DNA of 64,000 nucleotides from Oopsacas minuta (Eukaryota; Animalia; Porifera). The notes beneath the pieces are model-generated. The model had not been told where the DNA came from. It ran no database searches and saw only the letters and a list, made by a program, of their open reading frames with translations. The position numbers and the translations under genes were made by a program. This document shows, piece after piece, positions 25,371 through 39,578 of the stretch. Positions within the stretch are counted from its first letter, which is position 1; each line of letters begins with the position of its first letter. The stretch is from assembly GCA_024704765.1 (NCBI GenBank), contig JAKMXF010000305.1, positions 100,682 to 164,681 on the forward strand, in the 5' to 3' direction.

Positions 25371-27722
25371 GAGAAGCCATGTTATAAAAAGGCCATAGGA
25401 TGTACTATGCAAGACTTTGTGATATTTACATATTACTAGTCCGAATAGAATAATCTCAACTGTATTCCATGTACAAATGTAGTGGGTAAATATACACGCA
25501 TTAGAATATTAATAAATAATTGTGCAATTATGATGTAGGGTTGGGAACATATTGAAATCCCTAAGTATTTTGAGTGCATCAAAAATTTTAATTTCAAAAC
25601 AAAAACAGAATTTGATAATGCAGAAACTTGTTGTGCACATGGTGCCGAGTTCACGACCCGAAACGGCACAACAGGTTTCTGCAAAAATATCTTTCGGGCG
25701 GCGAAAAAACTTCCTTTAAATTATCCTTAATTTCATCTGGCCGTAGAAGAGAAATTAAACAAATGTGATTTAGATTAAAATGTAATTTGTATACTTCATG
25801 TGGATTTTCGAGAAGCTTTAATAGAAATTCCTTAATTTACCTTGTAAGTTTCAAAAATACAACAATGGAATTTGTAATTTGATAAGCCGCAGAACAAAAT
25901 TACCTGTCATTTCCTGTCCTTTATTACTATAACACAGGACATGGTAGTAATTCATTGAGAATGAAATTCGGATTCCTAGGTTCGAAGATATTGTCAGTTC
26001 AATTAGATAATTGAATTAAAGATCTAAGACTATAAAAATCAAGCCTATTAGCTGAATGTCGATGGTGAATTAGAGTCATTTTATAGAATTGAACTCTTGT
26101 TCATAAAATGGAGTAAGTAAATCAGCATTATTTGAATGGCTTGGTAGACGATCAGTTGATGTAATTCTGGGCTATAAGGTATATAGCTATCATAGACTAA
26201 TTGAATAAAGAACTGTGGGATGCTTCCATGGTTTCTGGTACTTAGGTCCATAGAGTTCACTTGTTATCTCTTAATTCGCTAAAATTTGAATTCTAAAATG
26301 TAATATTGTTGATCAAGAAGTCATATTGCCTTATCGAATATATTGTTCAAATGAATTATGTTATTTTAACACCTTTCCACATTATGCTGATATAATCAAA
26401 ATTTGGTTTTCAATTCTAGCTAGATATGATAAATGTATTACAATGAGAATTAATAGGGAATGACTCCTTCAATCAGATTTCCATACATAAGAGCTAACTA
26501 TACAGAAGACCTGACAGTATATAGTGAATTTTGGACTAGAAAAGTTGTTTTAGGCAGATGGATTTATATGGGGTTACTGCACTGCAGAATCGGTGCATAT
26601 TTTCGGGAAAATGGATTGAGCATTAGTAGAACAACAAATTCTAAACCACTATATGCTAAATATCCAGGAATGTGCCAATGTATTTGTCAAATAAGCACTT
26701 ATCTGGTAAAATATGCCATTGTTAGATAATTGATGGCTCGTATATAGTTATATACGTAAACTTGATTTCCGAATTGGTGTTTGAAATGATCGATATATAT
26801 TTTACACAAAATATATTATAATTCTCATGATAAATTGGCCCGTTTTTTAGTTACAGTAGGGGCCATTAATGACACATTTGTATGAACATCCAAGTGTAAC
26901 TCACTAATTGTGAAAGGTATTGTTACATATGTATAGCATATTTATGGTATAAACCTGACTACCAATGCCCCTGTTACATCTTGAAATGATAACTCTAAAC
27001 AATGTGACATAATCGTGAATAGACTCATATATATAGTCCTACGCAGGGGCCTTGGAAACTATCAAACAGGAGATTTCATCAAAAAAATGCATAATAGACA
27101 AAGATTTTGGCATATTTCTAAAATTCTTTAGCATAAAATGGTTCAAATTTTGTGGTTTTACAAATGTGCAAAACTTGTATTCGTGCAAGGTGCACCGGTC
27201 TAAATACTGACCCCAAGGATAAATCCCTCGGCCGAAAACAACATCCGTGTCAATATTTCAGAAACACCATAGGGTAATATGCATAGTTGAGTATGAGGTG
27301 AGAAAATCTGACTGAAGGAGTTGTTGCATATGGATCTCCATTGTATAATTACACAATTCTCATGCCTCATTCAATTTGAAGGGATATTTAGAGAACATCA
27401 ATAAAATTCGAAGATTTTGTAATAAGACATCAATTTGAGAGAAATTCTTTCAACTGAGGTTGTTATTAGCGGAATTCGTTAAAACGGGGTGAAACTCAAT
27501 AGCTTTTGGCACAAAGGGGTAAAAGAAAATTCGTTATAAGAGAAATTCATTTTATCCAGTTATATCCTGATGAGCGTAGCATATATAATATGATTACAGG
27601 CAAATATTTATGGATCATTGAACCAATTCTCCTAAGCGAAGTTTCGTTGTATCCGACTAGGTTGTAAAGGGAGTCAAATATACTATAATCTTTCAAGGAC
27701 GTCAGAGGTATATAGGTTAGAG

Positions 27723-28028
27723 CAGTGGTTCTCAACCAGTGTTCCTCAGAACATTATTAATTGTGCTCCTGAAATTTCAATGAAATTTTGTAATTTGTGT
27801 AATGCTTTTAATGTGTTTAGTTTTTGGCACTTTTGACATGGAAGTGCTTAAAAACAGGAAGAATTATTTATTTAACATCAATTTTATACATATAACATAT
27901 ATTTCTAGAATATTTTTAGCAAGGGTTTGAAGTTCGAACACAAGTTGAATTTATTCCTGACAGGTGCCTGTGAAGATTATTCTGAAGAAATAAGTGTATC
28001 GCAGACTGAAAAAGGTTGAGAAACACTG
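27723..28028. mobile_element. hAT MITE (306 bp)
   Basis: TIRs CAGTGGTTCTCAACC and GGTTGAGAAACACTG; perfect 8-bp TSD GGTTAGAG (27715-27722, 28029-28036). Confidence 0.92.
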
Positions 28029-29776
28029 GGTTAGAGATACAATATTAAAGTACGTTTTCAGTACGTGGGAGTAGGGCATATTTTATTTTTGGCAGGAAGT
28101 ATATAAATAACTGGAAAGGGTATAAGGTTATTAGAATAAATAACAAATATACAATATTCAGCTTTATTTACGAAGTCAGGATATTGTCAATCTTTACATG
28201 AACAATGTTCTAAATATTAACAAACATTTAGTGTTGTTAGTCATTAAATGAACAAAATCTTGACTTAAGCAGGACGACTAACTGCTACATTTGTAAACTC
28301 ATAGGGATAAAAGGTATTGGGTTTTAACTGTGTAGAAAATGATGAGCAAAATCGTATTATGAGGTTATCTACAAATTTGGTTCTCAAATTGGGCCATATG
28401 ATCCCTGTGGGCCACCTGAGTATATAGAGGAGCACAAAGCGGATTTGGTTGGCTACAACTAAGAATCCAGGTATTTCAGATTCAAAGCATGAGAGGAAAA
28501 TTTATTTCTATATTTTCGTAAATAGTACATTGACAATTTGGAATCTTGAATGTAAATCGTTTTCTAATAAATTAATCAAATGTTTGTAATCGAATAGGAG
28601 TATTCGAATTATTCTACTGAGAAATAATATCAGTAAAGTGGAAACTAAAGTTGGAAAAATATTTCAATTAAATATGAACTTAGAGAGGTAGTTTTGCAGA
28701 TGGATTAGCCCATGTGCCACCTATAGTGAACTTCGTAAATTTGTTGTTTTAGTACTGAATTTGCATTGAAAAGTTAATTGTACATTTGTATAGTAAGTTC
28801 AAGTTGGTGAGCAACTGGTTACATTAGTTTCGAAGAGGAAATTTGTCGAGAAGCCAAACCACTTGAATTTACTAATCAACTATACTTCACACAACATTGT
28901 TCGAGAAACTATGATATAAATTATAGAATAGTATTAATATGATGCAAAGAAACTATATACACATTCCGTTAGCAATATAACAATGAATATACCTGTTCAA
29001 ATGCAAATTACAACATACTAATATATTATGCTAGGAGATACAGTCTATCTGATTCCGAAAATAGCATCAGTATTTCGCCGTCATGTCTGAGTTTTTGTAA
29101 ATTATCATTTGAATTATAGCCAAATTGTGGAAATTTTTGATACGCTTTTATCTTATCTTCAGAAATTGATGTTAATAATGCATAAATGAATTCAATGACA
29201 TTTCGTTCTAGAATTAGACGTTATGTGCTTCGTTTCTGTTTTATATCAAAGTGATTGGTTCTAGAGTATTCAAATTATTCGTATTTAAAGGTCTCGGTCA
29301 GGTGATCCATCACCCTCACCATAGCCCACTGCTAAAATATTTTCTAACCAACTATTAATCTATTTTACAACTTTAAATAGTTGCTAGGCATAGGTCCTGA
29401 AGAAATAATTAGTTAACTATTTGGAGATTAACTAGTTTGCTTCGCTTGCTAATACGCCCCGAGACAGCTTTGTGCCTCAGGTTTGCTTAGAGATGTAATA
29501 CCTTAATTTCTTGATGCATTCGATGGCAAAGCGACGGGATATGCTCAGCACTTATCAGATCTAGTTTGAATATTATTGAAATTTCAATTTGATACAATCC
29601 ATGGTCCAGCAAAATCACAATTAATGGCCTTCTGTAGCACTGCTGGAGCAGCAATGTGACCTGTACATCTAAGACTCAAATTATCCGAGGCAGGATCAAA
29701 ATACCACTGCATGCCAAAATCAGCACTGGATCATCCAGTTTCTTCACTCAATTCTGGACAATAAAAAATACATATA

Positions 29777-31084
29777 CAAGGTTGGCTAATAAGTTCTGAC
29801 CCAAAATTAAAAACTTACCATAATGTAAGATATGTAAGTATTCGCTATTTCTAATAAATTATATCTTAAGTAGACCATTTATCTACCATTATCTAACACC
29901 TTGATTGCTTATTAGCCCACACAAGAGTTTTTCACAATGAATCAGGAAAGAGCAGCAATAATTGAATTATTTTGTAATGGAAAACGTCCAGGAGAAATTT
30001 TGAAACTGCTCCATATCCCTAAATCGAGAAGGAAAATCGTTTATCGCACTATACAACGTTACAGTAAGATTAGAGGCATAAAAGTTATGCCAAGAAGTGA
30101 TCGATCAAAGTCGGTAACAACTCCGAGGCTGAAAAAAGTTGTGATTGATAGAATACGGCGAAATCCTCGACGATCTCTCCGGAAATTGGCCTCTGAGCTC
30201 AAAGTTTCGCATGGATCGATGCAAAACCTTCTGAAGAGCGACTATGCACCTCAAATCTTACAAAAGAAGAACTGTTCACTTCCTTTCTGAGAAAATTGTG
30301 AAAAAGAGACTTGCCAGAAGCAAGGGCATGCTGACTCGGCTCACAACTCAATGCCTGAAATTATAATATTATATGACGAGAAATTATTCACCATAGAAGA
30401 AGCGAATAATAAGCAGAATGACCGAATATTAGTCCACCGTCTTCGAGCATCACGGAAAAGCATCTGTATGTCAAACGGACTAAAAAACCTCAGTTGGTGA
30501 TGGTTTGTGCCGGAATCTCAGCAAAAGGCCATACTCCATTGGTTTTTTCCCAGTAGGGGTAAAAATATAAATTCGTCAACATATCAAAAGTTGAATCTGG
30601 AGCCTGTGGTGAAAGATTTAAAGCAAAACGATGTTTAACAAAGAGCCATTTCTATTCCAGCAAGACGGCGCACCGGCAACACATCAAACATCTCCCAAAT
30701 TTGGTTACAAGAAAACATTCCGGATTTCATTACAAAGGAGGAATGGCCTCCATCAAGCCCAGATTTGAATCCAATGGATTTCTCAATCTGGTCCATATTG
30801 GAGAAAAATACCTGTGCAAAGTCACATTCAAGTGTGGAAGCTCTGAAAATTCTTTGCACCGTGAGTGGGAGAAGATTCCACAGGATAAACTACGAGCCAC
30901 CGTTGAGCGTTCCCCCAACGTTTGAAGAGGGTAGTCGAAAAGAAAGGCAGTTATATTGAGTAGCTACTATCGAATGTATTGATATAGTTATCTAACAGAA
31001 CTGGAATAAATCTCAGTGAATATAGTTTGATATTTTTTGAACTATGAATTTTTATCAATGGGTCAGAATTTATTGGCCACCCTG
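29777..31084 (+). mobile_element. Tc1/mariner element, maT (DD37D) family, disrupted
   Basis: About 27-bp TIRs CAAGGTTGGCTAATAAGTTCTGACCCA versus CAGGGTGGCCAATAAATTCTGACCCA. HTH ORF 29937-30290, DEKLFTIEE..NKQNDRI motif. QDGAPA(H)...PSSPDLNPMDF has 37-residue spacing after restoring one base. Confidence 0.92.
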
Positions 31085-32807
31085 CATATATATATACATA
31101 TATATGAATGTCTCATGTCATAACAACAATTCATTACCAAGACTGTAATAATCAAGTATTGGAAGAATCAAAGTTAAAATTATATTAAAACAGTCTACAG
31201 AAAGTTTATTATAAGCCTAAAATAGTATTACCCTGTGTTCCAAATCTAATAATGGTATTCATTATTAGAATAAGTCACCATGCAACTCAAGATTTAATAA
31301 AAAGAACTTACAGAATTTCATAAGCTGAAATTTCGAAAGAAAACCCAGTTCAGAAATTCTTTGATTGGAAAATGAAATCTGTCAAATTAGAACAGAAACT
31401 TAATGCGTGCACATTCAAACAAAAGATTAGAGAGAATACAAGTTGAAAATGTAGTCTATTCACTATGAGCTTCTGCGTGTCTATCCGATTAGTTGCGGTA
31501 AAATAAGTGATTTTATCACGTGAAAATATTGTTTATGGTGCGGGAATTGGTTAAAACAAAGTGGTAAAATTTAGTGTTCCTTTTCATTAATAATATAAAA
31601 CTTCGGCCGTAAACGGTCATAGTCGAGTAATTTTGTATATTGCTGTGTCGTGAAGCAGTCATAGTGAGCCATTTTAGGTCGAATTCTGTGTTGCGATAGC
31701 AAAAATATGTGGGCATTCCGTGATCTTTACAAAGCAAGAGAGCTGCCACTCTGAGTTTGATGAAAATTTCTTCAAAATAAAAATTTAACAAGTACTGAAG
31801 ACATACAATTATCGGGGTATTTTCAGATGGACAGCTACTCATATTTAGGGTTTGTGACATACAATTCGCTCTCGATAATCGGGGCACCTGCATCATTTCT
31901 TAATACAGTCATGTTCACTTATTATAAACATTCAGTGGTCGAATAATTGTGTTCACAAACTCATTGTTAATGAGAAATTGTTTCAGCTCCCATGGGATGC
32001 TCCTTAGCATGGATCGGAGGGGGTGACTCATTATCATTATGACATTATCTCATTATTATTCTGTGACGTATCACACTATCAGCTGGAAATTTGCATAATT
32101 TATACAAGATATGTTAATACTAAAATCAAATTTGATACGGGAATATCATAGTTTTCAAGTCCCACTAATGTGAAACTTATGTATTTGAAAACAATCTCAC
32201 TTTATTTCTACATTCTCAATTATACATTTCAAGAGGAATTAAAGTTATCACAGTAATCCATAACGAAATATACAACTTTGTGCCATTTAGATGGGTGGAT
32301 GGCAAATTTGCCATCAATATAATTTCAAGTGAAATTGACTTATGTTTCATTAAAATTATTTACAATTGAGAAACAAAGACTTATATGGTATACTTTTGAC
32401 GTGAATAAGATTGTCAGGCGACAAATTGATGAATTATATCCAAATTATACAGAGATTATCCTAAAGTCATAAACTAAAGAAATAACAACTAAGCGCCATA
32501 AAAATTAATTTTCTTGTGAAATTAAAGTCGTTCTCTAGAAAGTTTCGAGGATTGATATTCTGCATTAAATAATACTAATTATTTCATCATCAAGCAGGCA
32601 TTGTACTAAGTTTCGATCGGAATGATAGTATATGCGTAGGAATTGTTGCGGCCGTGGACCCTAGTAATAACAATGGAAGAGCCTGACATAATGAGTATCC
32701 ATTGATAATATCATATTATGAATTCATGTGATATAATATGTCGCTTGAACACAATTGCCATTTGTTTAGCCATTACGATTAACTCTTTAAGCAAAGTGTA
32801 TAATATA

Positions 32808-33034
32808 TACTGCCTGGCCAAAAGTATTGGAAAAATGTGGCATAAGCGGCACACGGCAAGAAAACGTTGAAAGATTCTATGCTATAGGAGAAAGAGGAAC
32901 AATAAATCGTAGTTTATGATATGTTTGGGTTCTATATTGTATAATCATCTTTGGCCTATACAACTAAGGTGTCATGCCTCTGGTACTAGGTGTCAATTGT
33001 GGAAGGGTTTATCAATACTTTTGGCCCGGCAGTG
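32808..33034. mobile_element. Tc1-type MITE (227 bp)
   Basis: About 22-bp TIRs TACTGCCTGGCCAAAAGTATTG versus CACTGCCGGGCCAAAAGTATTG, flanked by TA. Confidence 0.85.
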
Positions 33035-35732
33035 TAATGGGGAATATTCAATAAATATAGATTAGGAATTTTGATATAATCACAATCACTAGCTTGCTTC
33101 TCATACTTCAATTCCCTTAAGTGCTCTAATCCATAAGTATGTTTATTAATATATCATTACACGAGCCGCTTCGCTTACTCGAGCTGCGGGGCTTGCGAAC
33201 ACAAAGTGTCATAATGGAGCTTGGCACTTCGTGCCTCTAATTTATAAAAGTTTCACATTGCATAATTGAATTAATAATTGATAATTCAACAACTTGTTTA
33301 CTCTATATTCAAAAACAACAATAGTTTACATATGAGAAACTTGAAAATGCGAATTAGTAGGATTCAGCGTACTTTATTACACCTATATGTGTGTTAAGAG
33401 CAAGAATCTAGATATATTTCGAGATTTCAATTATTTATTTAATTTACACATGTACATCCCCGAGGTACGGCATCGTGGGGAAATAATATGTTCCATATTT
33501 CAGAAATTTCCGTAATACACGCTTAATATACTATTTTAAGGCCGAAATATCAGCTGTCTACTATAAATCTATTACTAATGGGTATTGAATACAGTACCCG
33601 AGCAGCAAGTTTGACCTTGAGGTTCCATGTGGCCTACCGTCTATAATCTATATGGGCTTAAGATTTAAATAGATATGATGAATGATATTGTGCCCACCAG
33701 TCTTCTGACAGAATCCTCTAGTTTCATAAATTTCTACAATTAGCGAATATAGAATAGAAAATGTGGATGATTTAACTGCCTATTTGAAAATTATTTATGA
33801 ATCATATGACTTTGTAAGATGTATACATAATATCAGATGATTGTCGTATCTCAGAAGTAATTTAGCAGGTAAATATTCAATCTGGAGTTCTTAATTGCCG
33901 TACCTCGGAGGTGCAGCTCTAGGAACTTTACCTGTATTCATAAAAACAACACATAAATAAATTTACATCTATTGTTATCAAAAAGTGCGAAAATTGGAAT
34001 CAGCATACTCGATTAATTATATATTTTTCCTATATCGTCAACAGAAGGATATGATATTCCATATCATTATAAGACAAGGTGGATAAACAGGCAAACACGC
34101 ATACCCCCGACAATAATTGAGTTAATAATATAGAAGTAGTACTATAATACTATTAATTGTGAAAATTCTTAGACATTTATTGTAAAAATTAATTTAGTAC
34201 TCGAGAATCTAAGGAATAATAATCGATGCTTTTGGTTCCCCCAATCATAAAATTGTTCCTGCGCCTATGATCGATTGTAGTGAATAGGTAGCTTATTTAT
34301 CACTATCTTAGCTTTCACAAATATCTCATAGAAATCTACAAATCTCACAAAACATTACTTTGTTTAGGATAAACTCTATATATAGTTAGTAAATCAAATC
34401 TTGTCAAACTATAAATGTTATATTTGCAAAATTGTTTTCAATCATGCAAATCTAGTGTAAAGGTACTGGTCGTAGATAAACTTGATGTTACAATTCGACT
34501 TTTAATTATCCATTTACTAAAACAAGTAATTTCTTGTGCCTAACAAGTAACTAAATCTCTAAAATCCCCTAAAGTGTTAACATAACCTACTGTATTGCCT
34601 ACTGCATTATGTCCTTTATGGCTGCTGAACAGGCACTTCTAGGTCCACGACAAACACTTAGATAAACCCTTGCCTCGTAGATAACAACTGTATAACAGTT
34701 GGTGCATACTTTTAGTATAAATTAATCTGTCCGCCAAAACACAAATACTAAAACTAAACGATTACAATATAGCGACGGCAAGGGTTCACGAGAAGTTACA
34801 GAAAATATCCACAATAAGAAATACAATAAATTGCACAATTGTCCAAAGATTTTTAGACTATAAAATAGTAGTTGTCAGCTTCAAAATAGTCGGATTCAAG
34901 ATGCGGCATACGATAATATTCTAACCAAATTTTGTAACATAATTAAGTTAAGACACATCTCATTTAATCTGTTAGACAGCTGGAAAGACAGAAAAAGCAT
35001 TCCTTAAATGCTTTGTCTGTCTCTTCCTCATTTCAGTAGGTTGGAGAAATGGTAATAGGTATTTGGACCACTACATGAATGTTCCCATCTTTAAACTCTC
35101 TACACTAGATCCTATTAGATGAAATACATAGAAAATCAGAATTAACTTCCAAAGGTGCATAGGCTTTGCTAGGGACTTGATGACAACTACAGCCTTATAG
35201 ATAGTAAATCCTACATCCCATGGGTGTCGTACAATTTGGTCAAACTTTTGGGTCACGTGGACGCCATAGGTAGCGAACTTGCAAATCGGCCTTGACTTGA
35301 CACTAAAATAATTAATTCGTCATACCATAATCCGCATTGACTATAAAATAGCAGGTTCCATGAAACTATCACCACTCTAGATACGTTTCAAATAGATTCT
35401 CTTACTCACTAACTCCACTCTTACCATTATTTAATAGTATATCTACATTGTAACCCCGTTAAGACGAACACGAAAGGGTGGTAAAATACATGATGTACTC
35501 CCAGATCATAGTTCAATGCATTCAACTAATCCGAAAGAATTATTAGCAAATGGAACATTACTTTTGGAAAAGAGAGTGTGTACTGCAAAAGTATTTCTAT
35601 TTGATAAATTTTTAACACAAACTAATTATACCGGAATTGTTTATCGTTGTTAAGTATAGAATTAGAAGAATAGTTAAAGACATTTTGAATTGTGACAAGC
35701 ACGAACCATGCTTATGGATACGCTCTTTTCTA

Positions 35733-37076
35733 CAGGGTGCCTCAAAATTACTGCCCTATTATAGTTCTAGCAATAAAATCGTAGAAAAAAGGAAAATATT
35801 AGCATTCATTTGGATATATATTTACCATCCAATTCGATGCAAGTTTTAACTCTTTCCGGCATTCCATCTACTAACGCTTGCAAAAAACTTGACTGTAGAG
35901 CTTCCCAGGCAGATTTGAGCTGCATTTTCAGGTCCGAAATAGTTTTTGCCGGCTCCCTCTTGTTCAGTTCTTCCTGAAGATATCCCCATAGGTTTTCAAT
36001 TGGATTTAAGTCAGGAGAGTTCCCAGGACATTGAGATTTCTCCCAATAGCTTGGTAGGTTCTCCTTGCACCAACCTTGGGTCATTTTGGCCGTGTGAGCA
36101 GGGGCACCGTCCTGCATAAAAACAACCTTTGACATGTTTGGTACCATTTTCATCTCTAAAACTGATCCATTATTTTTAGTTCTGCGAAGGGTATCCAAAC
36201 AAGACTTAGCCAGGATCTCATCTATATAGTAGGCTGTATTCACTGTCTGTTTGGGAGGGATGGAGTATAATTTCGATATAGCTCGAAAGCTCATCATCCC
36301 CCAAACCATGAATTTCCTGGAAAATTTCACCGTTTCCTGTGGCATGATATTCGAGCTATTCTTGGCCCATATCCTATCATTTTGGTGATTTGTTGGATGA
36401 AATATCTCGAAAGTTGATTCGTCAGACCAAAGGATGTTTCTCTAGTCAGCAACAGTCCAGTTTTGCTTTGCCAGACAAAAATCTAATCTGTTTTCTCTCT
36501 GTTTTACAGAGAGTTTTGGCTGTTTGGGTCGCTTATAGGGCCTAACTCCTAAATCTTTTGTTAAATAGCGATGAATGGTGTCTTTTGAGACAGGAGCACA
36601 CGTTCTGGTATTTTGTTTAGCAATACATCGCGTTGACTTGTGTCGTTTCCCAAGAGATTTTGCAATAATGATTTTGGACCGCCTTTTTAGCTTTTTGGGC
36701 CTTCCAGCCCCCTTTCTATGTTGGAGGTCTTTTGAAGAATTATACCGTGCCAACCATCTCCGAACCGTTCGGATATCCTTTCCAAGTTTGTTTGCTACAT
36801 AGTTCTGAGTAGAACCTGCGAGTAACATACCGATAGCACGATTTCTAACCTGTAATTTATTTTCATTGACATCCATATTGGGCAATAAATCCAGTCAGGG
36901 CAAAGAGAACAAAATTTTATAAATACTTATAAAATAGCAGCTATAATATTTCGAGTTGAATAACAGTTATATTTCAATTCTTCAATCACCATAACTAACG
37001 TCTATACTGTTTTAAGGTTCAGTTATAACATACTTTGTGCTATAGCGCAATAGGGCAATAATTTTGAGACACCCTG
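35733..37076 (-). mobile_element. Tc1-like element, DD37E (TRT) family, nearly intact
   Basis: 28-bp TIRs with 2 mismatches (CAGGGTGYCTCAAAATTAYTGCCCTATT), TA TSDs. ORFs 36442-36885 and 35806-36345 share one frame: 360 codons with a single internal TAG. Motifs WSDES and MQDGAPAH-(37)-SPDLNPIENLW. Confidence 0.96.
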
Positions 37077-37450
37077 TAGAGAAAACAACTTATTTCTGAC
37101 TGTATTGAATATTGTATTCAATATACACTCATTGCTAAAACTTGCAACTATATTGAATAGGCTAATTGCTATAACTAGCAACACTTTAGAGGACTTTCAT
37201 TATATACGTTATTGATTACAATAATCAAGCTAAATTGAAGTGAATTGTAACAAACTGAATTACAATTTAGAGGTTTAGATGATTATATTTAGAAGTTATC
37301 GGATGACAGTGCTATTCTCATATCAAATTGTGGGTATTAAAATTAATATTCCAACATTCTTCAGCACCTTGCACTGTAAAATAATATTGAATTAATTAAT
37401 TATACTTCAAAGACGTACAAAATTTAAGTAATTGTAGGAACTAGTTAGAA

Positions 37451-37714
37451 CAAATTTGGTAACAGGAGTTACCAAATTTTATGCGGGCAGTATTAACCTA
37501 CGAATACGTTCCATGTAATTTATTAGAGTACCTCTACTAGCGAATTGTAAAATAAACAAGAATTATGCATACAAAATAACTAATACTGTTTAATGAGAGA
37601 GCATAATATTGTTTAATGAAATTTCCGAATGCATAAGGAAGAGTAAGACAGTGATCAAACAATTAGAGTACTCAAATAACTTAAGCCAGGCGGGCTGTAG
37701 TTTGCCCGCCCCTG
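37451..37714. mobile_element. hAT (Charlie/Buster-like) MITE
   Basis: Right end GCGGGCTGTAGTTTGCCCGCCCCTG. The 8-bp direct repeat AGTTAGAA occurs at 37443-37450 and 37715-37722. The left end is rearranged into a short hairpin. Confidence 0.65.
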
Positions 37715-37958
37715 AGTTAGAATGAGGACATTAACAAGTATGACAATCTGATTTCCAATACATTCTAATAAATGCAATCAAGTATCGTTGTATAGTCTTA
37801 CAATTATTGTCATGTATAATGTATGACGAACATAGAGGTTATTGATATCCTTCAACGAGTTTATTAATTTTTGATGTATCAAGAGAGGAGGTCATGAAAA
37901 TTAAACAACATTTATTCATCAAAAATATTTCAAGTCGCAGTATTTGTGGGATTGGGTT

Positions 37959-38066
37959 AATGGTGGAGTATGGTGGTATCTGTTAGAATCTGACAGAATG
38001 GTTGAATCTGGTGGAATATAACTGAATAGTGGAATCTGGTGTAATTTGACTGAATGGTGGAATCTA
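37959..38066. repeat. Degenerate short tandem array (GAATGGTGGAATCT-like)
   Basis: Repeated aatggtgga/gaatct motifs; this explains the spurious overlapping ORFs here. Confidence 0.6.
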
Positions 38067-39441
38067 TAAATCCCACCAAACACGATGCAACTTTGCTGCA
38101 TGCAATTTTCTTTCTTAGAAAATTCAATATAAAGATGTGACATATGCATGCATAAGTTGCATAGAACAATGATGCATCGTGAATGGTGGGCTTAAGATAA
38201 GCATAGATTCGTATTGAATACAAATCTATAGATTTATTGAATATATAACAATTAAGGCTGATTGACAGGAGTTCATTATCATTCTCAGTGATTATTGAAC
38301 TAAGTATCCTTGTATATTTACCCATGTCCGATTAAAAAAATTTGAAAATCTAAGAATTCAATATAAATCATCATAAATCACAACCCCAAAAGAAGAAAAG
38401 GATTCGGTAATTTATCTGAACTGTTTAGTGGAAGCCACAAAACTTGTGTCCTATCAACCAAAGATAATCTATTAGATTTAGATAATGCCAATTTCTGCAT
38501 ACTAGTACGATTGGGATCCTAGGTCGCTACGCTACAGTTTAGTGCCTGATGATAAATCATGTACTAAAAAGGTAAAATTTTTAATACTTTTGGTCGCTAC
38601 GCGATGGAATAAACTTGGCACGTCGTGCCTTGGGTACATAATATGGCAGAAATGTTAAGATGTATTACCCATGATCATAATTACATTTCTTTTGTGGTGA
38701 CACTGGAAATGCTATTTCGCTTTTGGTTAGAAATCTCGGCACTTCGTGCATCAGGTATTAAATATTGTCTGAAAGTTTTCGAACTTTCGAAACTTATATC
38801 TATATTTTTATGGTCATGATAACGCAATCTTTAATGGTGAGTTGCTTTTGGTTAGAGACATGACGTCAAGGTATTTGTCACATTGAGAGGTACCTATGAT
38901 TCTAATTTCAAACTTCTATTCCCCCTCACTCTCACTAATCTCACACACAATTAAATTTGAAAGCTGAATAACTCCGCGAGTTGTATATATTTTGTAATTA
39001 AATTGAATTACCTTAATGTTTATAAAACCCAGCATGGATAGAGAATTTTAGAATATAATCCCAACTTTCAGGTGGATAAATGAAAAGTAGTTCTAAACCC
39101 AAAGACCCATAATAATAAAAATTAACAACATTCAAGAACAAACACATTTGGAAATCTCACACTGGTCTTATACAACTGCTAAACACAAAGACATAAAAAG
39201 TGAACACCCGCCCATAAAAGAGAATATGGAGTGATTCATCGGGCCAGGGGTGTTCACTTCCTGAAGGTTTTACTGGTTTAAAAATAGTTTCATTCAAATT
39301 GTTGGATGAGTGAAAATTTATTTACTGGATAGACGAGTGGTCCAAATATCTACACTTGACAGGTTAAAAATAACAAAGTTACAAGGTACGGAATATAAAT
39401 GACGTGCAGCTCATATATTCAATTTACAAAATGGAAATATA

Positions 39442-39518
39442 CTATTGCTTAGTTGAAAATGGTTCCTTTGGATGTGGGACACTGGCCAACGACATAGCTG
39501 ACAGCCCACTCGTCAGGT
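39442..39518 (-). CDS. DOCK: Candidate proximal terminal DOCK exon after a 60-bp intron
   Basis: Intron 39519-39578 is GT...cttgttcgtcccAG. The in-phase reading is (D)LTSGLSAMSLASVPHPKEPFSTKQ* with TAG at 39442-39444. Confidence 0.6.
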
Positions 39519-39578
39519 CTGGGACGAACAAGTAATAATTATGCAGGTATATAATTATATAAAAAGTAACAATATTAC

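Noticed and set aside
25436-25684. KPVVPFR-containing ORF as a Pro-rich DOCK exon
   Set aside because: The acceptor gives phase 0 where phase 1 or 2 is needed, and there is no convincing donor.
28820-28880. Short Ser-rich minus-strand frame (NSSGLASRQISSSKL) as a DOCK exon
   Set aside because: Weak acceptor and donor, and it ends in a phase incompatible with the 22376 exon.
31516-31896. 126-aa minus-strand ORF as a DOCK or nested-gene exon
   Set aside because: No recognisable homology and no phase-consistent splice-site pair.
36442-36444. Programmed stop-codon readthrough in the DD37E transposase
   Set aside because: The position corresponds to a probable Trp codon, so a G>A nonsense mutation is the simpler explanation.
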